NCBI GenBank assembly: GCA_963753055.1
Contig: CAVWAP010000004.1
Span: 832,479 to 896,478, forward strand
Length of the DNA stretch: 64,000 nt
Reading direction: 5' to 3'
From: an uncultured Bacteroidales bacterium
Lineage (GTDB): Bacteria; Bacteroidota; Bacteroidia; Bacteroidales; B18-G4
Shown here: piece after piece, positions 38,426-47,445 of the stretch
Position numbering within the stretch: the first letter of the stretch is position 1
How the letters are laid out: each line of letters begins with the position of its first letter
Notes under the pieces: generated by a model
What the model was told of the DNA's origin: nothing
The model's database searches: none
The model's input: the letters and a program-made list of their open reading frames with translations, nothing else
Translations under genes and position numbers: made by a program

Positions 38426-38785
38426 ATGAAACCCCAGATCGATTCAACCTCTTTTGGCTGTATTACAATTGACGGTCAAGATTACCACCATGATGTGCTC
38501 ATACGACTGGATGGTAAAATAGAAAAGAGAAAGAAGAAGTTATCAAAGATCATTTTCGGGACATCTCACATCCTCTCTCAGGATGAAGCAAAATACATCT
38601 ATGAGGACGGTGTAAGTAAAATTGTGATAGGTACCGGACAATACGGTGAGCTCGTGTTGTCAGATGAAGCGAAGAGTTACCTTGAAAACAAATGTGAGAT
38701 TGAACCGATGAACACAAAGAAAGCTATTGTGGCTTACAATTTATCTGAAGAACAGGTCATTGGCTTGTTTCATGTAACTTGTTAG
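38426..38785 (+). CDS. Mth938/NDUFAF3-like (DUF498) small protein
   Basis: 119 aa. FGCITIDGQDYHHDVLI...IVIGTGQYGELVLSDEA...TKKAIVAYN...GLFHVTC matches the family pattern. Confidence 0.6.
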   Translation: MKPQIDSTSFGCITIDGQDYHHDVLIRLDGKIEKRKKKLSKIIFGTSHILSQDEAKYIYEDGVSKIVIGTGQYGELVLSDEAKSYLENKCEIEPMNTKKAIVAYNLSEEQVIGLFHVTC

Positions 38786-39158
38786 AGCCATCTATGCATG
38801 GTATGTCCAGTTTGATCTCAAATTCTATTATTTCAGATTCTTGAGCTTCAACGGTATTCCATTTTATTTTACGGACATTATCCATTATCGCTATCTGGTA
38901 ACAGTGATTATCACCATTGGCTGGTTTTACCCCGGTTACCTTACCTGAATGATCTATCTCAACCCGAATGATCATACTGCTTTCGCCACAGCACTTTGTG
39001 TTTTCCCTTATCTCATCGATCAGGTATTGCTGGACAGTATAATCAATTTTATCAAACTCCATTGTCTTCCTGTCTGCCCTGGATTTGGATATATCCTTTT
39101 GCGCTGTTGATACTATCGTTGAGGCAAGCAAAAACAATACGATTAATAATGATTTCAT
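38757..39158 (-). CDS. small secreted hypothetical protein
   Basis: 133 aa. Signal MKSLLIVLFLLASTIVSTAQ. Its 3' end overlaps the convergent gene by 29 nt. Confidence 0.4.
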   Translation of the reverse strand: MKSLLIVLFLLASTIVSTAQKDISKSRADRKTMEFDKIDYTVQQYLIDEIRENTKCCGESSMIIRVEIDHSGKVTGVKPANGDNHCYQIAIMDNVRKIKWNTVEAQESEIIEFEIKLDIPCIDGSNKLHETSQ

Positions 39159-39171
39159 GTCAATATTTTGA

Positions 39172-39324
39172 TTAATTGCAAGTTAGGTGTGTTCTAATTC
39201 TGAAAGTCTCATCCATCTTGCTCTTTTTGAATCCTTTCCTGACTCCCCGCGTTACCATCCTTATTACCCAGAGTCCAATAATAAGCGTAAATAAAGCAAT
39301 AAGAACTTTTGGATTTTGATGTGC
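39172..39324 (-). pseudogene. possible remnant of the 5' part of an MscS-type mechanosensitive channel gene
   Basis: Open 50-codon frame with no start codon reads ...PKVLIALFTLIIGLWVIRMVTRGVRKGFKKSKMDETF.... This resembles the first TM helix plus basic linker of Bacteroidota MscS proteins. It is bounded by TAA on both sides. Confidence 0.3.
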
Positions 39325-39379
39325 TTAAAGATACATAATGAATTGAAAATATTCCGCATCAAATACATATCTTTGTCGC

Positions 39380-40909
39380 ATGGAAGAAACAATCCTTATC
39401 CTGGATTTTGGTTCCCAGTATACTCAATTGATCGCCAGGAGAGTACGAGAGTTGAATGTTTATTGTGAGATCTATCCCTATAATAAAATACCGGATACCA
39501 ATAAACACATAAAAGGAGTGATCTTGTCGGGAAGCCCTTTTTCTGTTCGTGATGAGAATGCCCCCGCTCCAGATCTGACTTCCCTGGAAAGAAAACTGCC
39601 CATTTTGGGCGTGTGTTATGGGGCCCAGTACCTTGCGATGAGCCAGGGTGGTGATGTTGAACCCTCTAAAGTCAGGGAATATGGCCGTGCCAACCTTGCC
39701 TATATCAATGCTAATTGTGAATTAATGAAGGGCATGACCATCGGAAGCCAGGTGTGGATGTCGCACGGGGATTCCATTCAAAAGATTCCGGATAGCTATG
39801 ATATTATAACAAGTACACGTGATGTTGAAGTGGCTGGATTTAAGGTGCATGGAGAAAGAACCTATGGCATTCAATTTCACCCGGAAGTGTATCATACACT
39901 GGAAGGCAAAGTCCTTCTGGAAAATTTTATTGTTCATATTTGTGGGTGCTCACAATCCTGGACCCCTGCTTCATTCATCGAAACGACAGTCGACTCATTG
40001 AAACAGCGTTTAAATAATGATAAAGTGGTTCTTGGCTTATCCGGAGGAGTGGATTCTTCTGTCGCTGCAGTACTTCTGCACAAAGCAATTGGTAAAAATC
40101 TGCATTGTATCTTTGTCGACAACGGATTGTTAAGGAAAGATGAGTTTGAGTCGGTGCTGGACTCTTATGAACATATGGGATTGAATGTTCGTGGTGTGGA
40201 TTCTAAAGATAGATTTTATGATGCCCTGGAAGGTATCTCAGAACCTGAAAGCAAAAGGAAAGCAATAGGCAGGACGTTTATTGAGGTGTTTGATGAAGCT
40301 GCTCATGAGATCCAAAATGTATCCTGGCTGGCCCAGGGCACAATCTATCCTGATGTTATAGAATCGGTGTCAGTCAAAGGGCCTTCAGCAACCATTAAAT
40401 CTCACCATAACGTGGGTGGATTGCCTGAACTAATGAAACTGAAAATAATTGAGCCTCTTAACGCGTTGTTCAAAGACGAAGTTAGAAAGATCGGCAGGGA
40501 GTTGGGCATGTCGGAAAATATACTTGGCCGCCATCCGTTTCCCGGGCCTGGTCTGGGAATCAGGATAATTGGTGATATCACAAGAGAAAAGATTAGAATA
40601 TTGCAGGATGTGGATGCCTTGTTTGTTGGCGGACTTAAAAAGCATAAATTATATGACGAAGTGTGGCAGGCTTTTGCAGTACTGCTCCCGGTACAGTCAG
40701 TTGGTGTAATGGGCGACGAGAGGACTTATGAGAACGTTGTGGTACTGCGGGCCGTAGGGTCCACAGATGGGATGACAGCAGACTGGTCGCACCTGCCATA
40801 TGAATTTCTGGCCAAGGTATCTAATGAGATCATTAATAAAGTTAAAGGGGTGAACAGGGTCGTCTATGATATCAGTTCCAAGCCTCCTTCAACCATTGAA
40901 TGGGAATAG
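39380..40909 (+). CDS. guaA: GMP synthase (glutamine-hydrolysing)
   Basis: 509 aa. [20 protein letters not shown], GATase Cys in GVCYGAQ, SGGVDSS PP-loop, C-terminal ...PPSTIEWE. Confidence 0.95.
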   Translation: MEETILILDFGSQYTQLIARRVRELNVYCEIYPYNKIPDTNKHIKGVILSGSPFSVRDENAPAPDLTSLERKLPILGVCYGAQYLAMSQGGDVEPSKVREYGRANLAYINANCELMKGMTIGSQVWMSHGDSIQKIPDSYDIITSTRDVEVAGFKVHGERTYGIQFHPEVYHTLEGKVLLENFIVHICGCSQSWTPASFIETTVDSLKQRLNNDKVVLGLSGGVDSSVAAVLLHKAIGKNLHCIFVDNGLLRKDEFESVLDSYEHMGLNVRGVDSKDRFYDALEGISEPESKRKAIGRTFIEVFDEAAHEIQNVSWLAQGTIYPDVIESVSVKGPSATIKSHHNVGGLPELMKLKIIEPLNALFKDEVRKIGRELGMSENILGRHPFPGPGLGIRIIGDITREKIRILQDVDALFVGGLKKHKLYDEVWQAFAVLLPVQSVGVMGDERTYENVVVLRAVGSTDGMTADWSHLPYEFLAKVSNEIINKVKGVNRVVYDISSKPPSTIEWE

Positions 40910-40939
40910 CTATATAAAAAAATAGAATCCATACCGGTG

Positions 40940-43291
40940 ATGAAATTAACATTGCTCAGATTTTTTGTTTTAATTGCCATAATTGCTTTCGGGGGCTACA
41001 CTGCTGAATCGCAGGTAGTTGTGGTTAAGTCATCCATAACCGAGGTAATTGAAGGTAAAAGGTACTATATCCATCCTGTTGAGCAGGGGCAAACTGTTTA
41101 TTCAATTTCCAGGGCCTATGATCTGACAGTCGATGAGATTTATTTTGAGAATCCTGAGGCCAAAAAAGGGCTCCAGGTTGGCACAAATTTGAAGATCCCT
41201 GTTCTTAGCAGAGACAAGGAAATATCTGATGATCTTCGTTCAAGCGAATATAACTTCATCTTCCATATCGTTCAGAAAGGTGAAACCCTGTATAGCATTG
41301 CAAGGATATATGATGTCCAGCTTGAAGAGCTGGAGCGCGCCAACCCGGGCACAGATAAGGCGTTGAAAATTGGGCAGTACCTGAAAATTCCTGTCAAAGC
41401 TGTAGAACTGCCTGATGAAGGGGATATGCCTGTTGACCCGGACCTGGATTCCAAATTGATAGAACATGTGGTGGTGGCCGGGGAAACACTGTTTAGCATC
41501 GCCCAGCATTATGGTTTTTCAGTTGATGAAATTAAAAAGGTCAACCCTGGATTAACCAACCAGATTAGCGTTGGCAGTATAATCTATATCCCTTTTGGCA
41601 AAAAGGAAGATCCGGTTGAGCAACTATCATATATTGAGCATACGGTTAAAGCTAAAGAGACACTTTACGGGATTGCCATATATTACGGTGTAAGCATAGA
41701 CAGTATAAAAATGTTGAACCCAGGTCTCACCTCATCAATACATATCGGCCAGCTTATACTGATACCAAAAAGAAACGACCAAAGGGATTATATCACACAC
41801 CAGGTTGCAAAGAAATCCAGGCTTAGCAAGATTGCAAATATGTATTCCCTGGATATAGATGAGATCAGGGAGATCAATCCCTCAGCAAGAAACAAAGTTC
41901 AACAGGGCGCAATTCTTCGGATTCCAATCCCTCCAATGGCGGGTTTGCCAGAAACTGATCCGGATGTTAATGAGATACCGTCTGAAGTATATAAATTGGT
42001 GGATGCGGATAGTATCCGCTGCCATCAGGATCGTGACCACAGCGATTTAATCTTTAATGTTGCGCTGATGTTACCTCTTTATCTTGAGAAGGCCGACAGC
42101 ATACCTAGGCTTACAAGCAGAAATCTGGATAAGTACTTGGATATGCCTTCCTTTAATTTTATCCAGTTTTATGAAGGCTTTTTAATCGCAGTTGATTCTC
42201 TTAGAAAACAAGGACTTAATGTAGACCTTCATGTTTATGATGTTGATGAAAAAGTAGCAAAGACGATTAAGGTACTACAAGACCCGGCACTTATGGAAAT
42301 GGACCTTATCATTGGACCACTTTTCAGGAAGAATTTTAAGCTGGTCTCCAATTATGCCAAGCTGTTTGATATAAAAATTGTCAATCCCCTTACAACAAGG
42401 GATGAAATCCTTGACTATGAGCATGTATTTAAGGTTACACCATCTCAAAAGACCCAGCTGTACCTTGTTGATCAAATTGTCAAAGCCAACTATGCTAATG
42501 CTAAAATAGTGATTGTCAGGCATAATCAGTTTAGATATGGAGAAATGGCGAATGAGCTAAGAAGCATACTGGAGCGTGGTATCAAGGAGAAGGTCCGGAT
42601 AGCCAATTCATTACTGGATAATATCATTAGAGAATACTCTATTCTTGATACAACACTTACTGATGGAGAATTGCTTGAAAACCTTTTGGTTGAAGATGTG
42701 ATGGTATATAGAGAATTTCTGGAGATGCAATTGGATGACAGCACTAGCTTCCAGAATAGGGTGGATGAGGTAGTTTATACTGAAGAAGGTATTGAAGGAA
42801 TCATGAAGAAAGCATCCATTATCAGGCCAACAGTTATTGTAGCTTTAAGTGATAAAAAAGTATTTGCCCTTGAGCTGCTTACTCAATTAAATGAATTCCG
42901 GGACTCCTTGCATATAACATTGTTTGGGTTTCCTGATTGGCATACCTTTTCAGCCATGGAAACCGAGTATCTTCAAAATCTGAATACCCATGTCTTCAGT
43001 ATTTCCTATATCGACTACACAAGACCGGAAGTAATTTCCTTTGTTACAAAGTTCCGCAAGCTCTATTATACAGAACCAATGAAATATGCTTATGATGGCT
43101 TTGATGTCGGCTTTTATTTCCTTGGAGCTTTGCTGAAGTATGGAAAGCAATTTGAGAATTGTATCCCTTATTTTGAGAAAGACCTGATCCAAAACAGTTA
43201 TCTTTTCAGACATAAACGGTCGAAGGGCTTTGAAAACCAGCACTGGAATGTTTTACTTTATGAAAACTATTCCATCCGGAAATTAAATTGA
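40940..43291 (+). CDS. multi-LysM peptidoglycan-binding protein fused to a periplasmic-binding-protein-like domain
   Basis: About 783 aa. Five to six LysM repeats (H.V..GETLYSIA..Y....EL...NP) followed by a type-I PBP-like C-half. Confidence 0.75.
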   Translation: MKLTLLRFFVLIAIIAFGGYTAESQVVVVKSSITEVIEGKRYYIHPVEQGQTVYSISRAYDLTVDEIYFENPEAKKGLQVGTNLKIPVLSRDKEISDDLRSSEYNFIFHIVQKGETLYSIARIYDVQLEELERANPGTDKALKIGQYLKIPVKAVELPDEGDMPVDPDLDSKLIEHVVVAGETLFSIAQHYGFSVDEIKKVNPGLTNQISVGSIIYIPFGKKEDPVEQLSYIEHTVKAKETLYGIAIYYGVSIDSIKMLNPGLTSSIHIGQLILIPKRNDQRDYITHQVAKKSRLSKIANMYSLDIDEIREINPSARNKVQQGAILRIPIPPMAGLPETDPDVNEIPSEVYKLVDADSIRCHQDRDHSDLIFNVALMLPLYLEKADSIPRLTSRNLDKYLDMPSFNFIQFYEGFLIAVDSLRKQGLNVDLHVYDVDEKVAKTIKVLQDPALMEMDLIIGPLFRKNFKLVSNYAKLFDIKIVNPLTTRDEILDYEHVFKVTPSQKTQLYLVDQIVKANYANAKIVIVRHNQFRYGEMANELRSILERGIKEKVRIANSLLDNIIREYSILDTTLTDGELLENLLVEDVMVYREFLEMQLDDSTSFQNRVDEVVYTEEGIEGIMKKASIIRPTVIVALSDKKVFALELLTQLNEFRDSLHITLFGFPDWHTFSAMETEYLQNLNTHVFSISYIDYTRPEVISFVTKFRKLYYTEPMKYAYDGFDVGFYFLGALLKYGKQFENCIPYFEKDLIQNSYLFRHKRSKGFENQHWNVLLYENYSIRKLN

Positions 43292-43325
43292 TCTTTAATT
43301 CAGCGTTTTTAATATTCTAATCGCA

Positions 43326-43994
43326 ATGAAAAAGTTTGCCCATTTACTATTTACCGTATTAATAGTCTTATTCTTGCTTCAGGCTTGCTCCAGGACTGAC
43401 GTTCAGTATTGGGAAAATGGCAATATCAAATCTGAAATAAAATACAAAAACGGGAAGATCCATGGCCTGGCTACATGGTACTACGAGGAAGGCAAAAAGT
43501 ATTATGAGGCTAATTATGTTGATGAAAAACTTGAAGGCCCACTGACTAAATGGTATTTAAATGGATTTATTCAATCAAGAGAGCATTATGCTAATGATAT
43601 GTTAAACGGGAAATCAGTTTTATTCAACCTCAGAGGGCGAAAAACAGAAGAAGTCACCTTTGTTAATGACACTATGCAAGGGGATTACAGGGCCTGGTAT
43701 GATGACAGGAAGATGCGCATGGAAGGACAATATAAGGACGGCATGATGACTGGAAAATGGTTTTATTGGGACCAGATGGGTAACCTGATAGGAGAGGGGA
43801 ACTTTGTGGATGGCTCCGGCGTGCAAAAAAAGTATAATCCGGATGGATCTTTGCAGGGTAGACTCACTTTTAAGAACAATGAAAAACATGGAAAAGAACT
43901 CTATTATAATGCTGATGGAGAGGTGATTAAAGAGATAATATATGATAATGGCGAGTTTATTAAAGAAACTATCCTGAATCCGATGAAAGAGTGA
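43326..43994 (+). CDS. MORN-repeat-variant (YwqK-like) lipoprotein
   Basis: 222 aa. Lipobox ...FLLQAC. Repeated YxNGxxxxExxYKNGKxHG-type motifs. Confidence 0.7.
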   Translation: MKKFAHLLFTVLIVLFLLQACSRTDVQYWENGNIKSEIKYKNGKIHGLATWYYEEGKKYYEANYVDEKLEGPLTKWYLNGFIQSREHYANDMLNGKSVLFNLRGRKTEEVTFVNDTMQGDYRAWYDDRKMRMEGQYKDGMMTGKWFYWDQMGNLIGEGNFVDGSGVQKKYNPDGSLQGRLTFKNNEKHGKELYYNADGEVIKEIIYDNGEFIKETILNPMKE

Positions 43995-44016
43995 TAAGAA
44001 AATATTTTATAAAAAA

Positions 44017-44049
44017 TTTGGAACTTATTACTTAAAGTATCTACATTTG
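44017..44049 (+). promoter_or_regulatory. Bacteroidota sigma-A-type promoter of gdhA
   Basis: -33 TTTG (44017-44020), 21-nt spacer, -7 TACATTTG (44042-44049). About 70 nt upstream of the ATG. Confidence 0.5.
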
Positions 44050-44121
44050 CACTGTTAAATATATAACAGTGTTAATTTTTTAACAAACATACTTGGTATA
44101 AACCTTAAAATACTACATGCC

Positions 44122-45459
44122 ATGGATTTAGAGAGAATAATGCACGACCTGGAGAAAAAGCACCCGGGAGAAAGCGAATACCTTCAAGCAGTGCGCGAGG
44201 TATTAGAATCAATTGAAGAAGTTGTGAATGAAAATCCTCATTTTAAGACTTCAGGTATCGTTGACCGGATCATAGAGCCGGACAGAATATTTATGTTCAA
44301 GGTACCATGGTTAGCTGACGATGGAAAAGTACATGTAAACCTTGGTTACCGTGTACAATTCAATAATGCAATCGGGCCATATAAAGGTGGGTTGAGATTC
44401 CACCCAAGTGTGAACCTGAGTATCCTGAAATTTCTTGGTTTTGAACAAATATTTAAAAATAGCCTCACAACTTTGCCTATGGGTGGAGCTAAAGGCGGAT
44501 CAGACTTTGATCCTAAAGGCAAATCTGATGATGAGATCATGCGCTTCTGCCAGTCATTTATGCTTGAGCTCTGGAGAATTATCGGACCTGAAACTGACGT
44601 CCCCGCAGGAGATATCGGGGTAGGAGGAAGGGAGATCGGTTTTATGTTTGGAATGTACAAAAAGCTTGCTAGAGAGCATACAGGTGTTTTAACCGGAAAA
44701 GGAATCAACTGGGGTGGAAGCCTCATTCGCCCTGAAGCAACTGGCTTCGGAGCAGTTTACTTTGCAAAAGAGATGCTTGCTACCAAAGGAGAGGATATCA
44801 AAGGTAAAACCTTTGCAATTTCCGGGTTTGGTAATGTTGCCTGGGGTGCGGCAAAAAAGATCAACGAGCTTGGCGGCAAGGTAGTTACCTTATCCGGACC
44901 TGATGGTTATATTCATGATCCCGAAGGCATCACAGGTGACAAGATTGAATACATGCTGGAACTGAGGGCTTCAAACCAGGATATCGTAAAGCCATATTCA
45001 TACGAATTTCCGGAAGCAAAATTCTACCAGGGTAAACGTCCCTGGGAAGTGAAATGTGATGTTGCCATGCCATGTGCTACCCAGAATGAATTGAACAAAG
45101 AAGATGCAGAAGACCTTGTTAAAAACGGATGTATATGTGTTGTGGAAGGCGCTAATATGCCTTCAACACCTGCAGCTGTAGAGATATTTCTTGAGAACAA
45201 GATCCTCTTTGGCCCTGGAAAAGCAGCCAATGCCGGAGGTGTTTCCACATCAGGACTTGAAATGTCTCAAAACTCCATGAAACTGGGATGGCCTGCCAAG
45301 GAGGTGGATAACAGGTTGCACCAGATCATGATAGACATACACAAAACCTGCGTCAGCCAGGGAACAGAAGCTGATGGCTATATCAACTACGTTAAAGGAG
45401 CCAACATTGCAGGCTTCCTCAAGGTCGCCAACGCCATGATCGATCAGGGAGTTTTGTAG
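44122..45459 (+). CDS. gdhA: NAD(P)-specific glutamate dehydrogenase
   Basis: 445 aa. GPYKGGLRFHP and LPMGGAKGGSDFDPKGKSD catalytic-Lys region. Rossmann GFGNVAWG. Confidence 0.95.
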   Translation: MDLERIMHDLEKKHPGESEYLQAVREVLESIEEVVNENPHFKTSGIVDRIIEPDRIFMFKVPWLADDGKVHVNLGYRVQFNNAIGPYKGGLRFHPSVNLSILKFLGFEQIFKNSLTTLPMGGAKGGSDFDPKGKSDDEIMRFCQSFMLELWRIIGPETDVPAGDIGVGGREIGFMFGMYKKLAREHTGVLTGKGINWGGSLIRPEATGFGAVYFAKEMLATKGEDIKGKTFAISGFGNVAWGAAKKINELGGKVVTLSGPDGYIHDPEGITGDKIEYMLELRASNQDIVKPYSYEFPEAKFYQGKRPWEVKCDVAMPCATQNELNKEDAEDLVKNGCICVVEGANMPSTPAAVEIFLENKILFGPGKAANAGGVSTSGLEMSQNSMKLGWPAKEVDNRLHQIMIDIHKTCVSQGTEADGYINYVKGANIAGFLKVANAMIDQGVL

Positions 45460-45611
45460 AGAAGAGAGAGAGAAAGAGAGAAGAGAGAAGAGAGAAGAGA
45501 GAAGAGAGAAGAGAGAAGAGAGAAGAGAAAAGAGAAAAGAGAAAGAGAGAAGAGAAAAGAGAGAGAGAGAAGAGAAAAGAGAGAGAAATTTAGAATGTAG
45601 AATGTAGAACG
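45458..45611 (+). repeat. 131-nt uninterrupted polypurine (GAGAAGA)n tract, then 3 x TAGAATG
   Basis: Positions 45458-45588 contain only A/G. The tract starts within the gdhA TAG stop. TAGAATG TAGAATG TAGAACG at 45591-45611. With the TT at 45589-45590 and GT at 45612-45613, these fill the gap to the convergent stop at 45614. Confidence 0.95.
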
Positions 45612-45613
45612 TA

Positions 45614-46162
45614 TTATAAGAGATGGGTCTGGAGGAGCTGGGCCCATTTTTCGTATCCTTTCTCTGTAAGATGACCGCCATCGTAAGTATATTCAGGATT
45701 CAATTTTCCGTCATGTAGAAAATGAGGATGGAGATTTATATATTTGATTTTCCTGTATATACAAAAACCTTCCAGTTGTTTATTGATTTCAGTTATTTTA
45801 ATATTCATGTTATCTCCTATTATAAAGTATTCCTCATTAATAGGCAATATACTTTGAACAGATAGTTTTGTTCCAGGTGATTCTTCCAGGATCCTATCGA
45901 TGATGGTTTTAAGGTTTCTTACGATTTGTTCAACAGGATAACCCTGGAAGACATCATTGATTCCTATCATCAGGTAGATCTCTCCTGGTGTAGCATTCGT
46001 AATCTCACCCATTCTATATAATACCCCATCAGTGATATCTCCTGCAACACCACGATTAACCAGGTTATTTCTCTTAAAGTATTCCTGAAGATTAAACCAT
46101 TCAGTTAAACTATCTCCAAGAAAAACAATACTATCATCCGAAATACTCTTTTTCCACAACAT
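45614..46162 (-). CDS. SGNH/GDSL-family hydrolase
   Basis: 182 aa. Block I FLGDSLTEW, block III GINDV, block V DGGHLT. Confidence 0.8.
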   Translation of the reverse strand: MLWKKSISDDSIVFLGDSLTEWFNLQEYFKRNNLVNRGVAGDITDGVLYRMGEITNATPGEIYLMIGINDVFQGYPVEQIVRNLKTIIDRILEESPGTKLSVQSILPINEEYFIIGDNMNIKITEINKQLEGFCIYRKIKYINLHPHFLHDGKLNPEYTYDGGHLTEKGYEKWAQLLQTHLL

Positions 46163-46182
46163 ATTAATCTAATACCTCCAAA

Positions 46183-46258
46183 TCTCTTTTCTCTTCTCTC
46201 TTCTCTCTTCTCTCTTCTCTCTTCTCTCTTTTCTCTTCTCTCTTCTCTCTTCTCTCCT
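46183..46258 (-). repeat. 76-nt polypyrimidine tract on + strand, i.e. (GAGAAGA)n on the minus strand
   Basis: Positions 46183-46258 contain only C/T. In minus sense the tract starts within the TAG stop (46257-46259 complement) of the radical SAM gene and ends 20 nt before the SGNH ATG (TTTGGAGGTATTAGATTAAT-ATG). Confidence 0.95.
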
Positions 46259-47420
46259 ACTTCCACACTCCCGCAATCTCTTCCATACAACTCTTGCATT
46301 TACCGTTTTCCAGGTTGTTCTGAATAATCTTATACCCTTTTCTTTCAATGACGATCTTTTTGCAGCCCGGACAATAGGTGTTTTCTGCATCTGAACCAGG
46401 CACATTGCCGATATAAACATAATTGATACCAGATGCCTTAGCTATTTCTCTTGCTTTTTCCAGGGTTTCATACGGGGTAGGGGGCAGCTTGGTCAGTTTG
46501 TATTGAGGATGAAAGCGGCTGAAGTGTAACGGGCTGTCTTTTAGCCCATTATCGTAGAGCCAATCGCACATCTTCCTAATCATATCAAAATCATCGGTCC
46601 ATTCGGGTACCAGCAAATTTGTGATTTCCAGCCATACTCCTTCTTCATGCAATATTTTAAGGGTGTTTAAAACTGGCTCAAGGGTGCCGGCATTAAGCAT
46701 CTCATAGATCTCATCACTGAAGCTCTTCAGGTCAATATTGGCTCCATCCAACACCTGGCACATCTCCCTTAAAGGTTTTTCGTTGATATAACCTGCAGAG
46801 ATAAATACATTCTTTATCCCCTCAGCCATAGCGATCCTGGCAGTGTCATAAGTATATTCGTAGAAAGCGATTGGATCAGTATAGGTATAGGCAATGGATT
46901 GACATTTGTAGGATTTACAATCCCTGACGACAGCCTCCGGCATTAAATCATAGTTCCTTGTGTCAAGCGGACTGGCTTGTGAGATGGACCAGTTCTGACA
47001 ATTCAAACAGGCCAGGTTGCAGCCTGCGGTTGCAATGGAAAATGCTGTGCTCGAGGGCAGGAAATGATAAAGTGGCTTTTTCTCGATCGGGTCGACATGG
47101 ACTGCACAGGGATTACCATATGCTATGCAGTAAAGCTTCCCCTTAATATTTCTTCTGGTGCGGCAGTCGCCTGTTTCATCTTCTTTGATATCACAAGCCT
47201 GGGGGCATAACTTGCACTTAATCCCTTTTGGAGTCTGGATGTAATACATGGCTTCAATACTCCACTTCCATAAATCATCCTCCGGCATATCAGGGACAAT
47301 GATTTTGCCTGCGCTCCTGGCCAGGCTGTCGGTTACATTTAGTCCAAGTGCGATCCCGCAGCACCCCAGTGCAGCATGTTTTAGAAATGTACGTTTGTCT
47401 ATGTCTTTTGAAGTCTTCAC
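46257..47420 (-). CDS. AmmeMemoRadiSam-system radical SAM enzyme with an N-terminal Tat-like leader
   Basis: 387 aa. CNLACLNCQNW (CxxxCxxC), upstream CKLCPQAC...GDC cluster, DPIEKKPLYHF. First ~40 aa are MKTSKDIDKRTFLKHAALGCCGIALGLNVTDSLARSAG. Confidence 0.8.
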   Translation of the reverse strand: MKTSKDIDKRTFLKHAALGCCGIALGLNVTDSLARSAGKIIVPDMPEDDLWKWSIEAMYYIQTPKGIKCKLCPQACDIKEDETGDCRTRRNIKGKLYCIAYGNPCAVHVDPIEKKPLYHFLPSSTAFSIATAGCNLACLNCQNWSISQASPLDTRNYDLMPEAVVRDCKSYKCQSIAYTYTDPIAFYEYTYDTARIAMAEGIKNVFISAGYINEKPLREMCQVLDGANIDLKSFSDEIYEMLNAGTLEPVLNTLKILHEEGVWLEITNLLVPEWTDDFDMIRKMCDWLYDNGLKDSPLHFSRFHPQYKLTKLPPTPYETLEKAREIAKASGINYVYIGNVPGSDAENTYCPGCKKIVIERKGYKIIQNNLENGKCKSCMEEIAGVWK

Positions 47421-47445
47421 ATAAAAGGCTTTCCTGGATATAAAA

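Noticed and set aside
45250-45681. Track ORFs 45250..45681 and 45444..45647 (-), rich in SLFSLLSS repeats
   Set aside because: They are translations of the (GAGAAGA)n tract on the opposite strand, overlap the well-supported gdhA 3' end and the SGNH gene, and have no start context. They are low-complexity artefacts.
45458-46258. SGNH gene plus inverted tracts as a mobile element or genomic island
   Set aside because: There is no recombinase, transposase or integrase, no target-site duplication and no tRNA anchor. Only the inversion and slippage hypotheses are kept as a finding.
46105-46420. Track ORFs 46105..46299 and 46169..46420 (-) with REERREKR repeats
   Set aside because: They read through the second polypurine tract in frames that overlap the SGNH start and the radical SAM 3' end. 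Repeat-derived, not genes.
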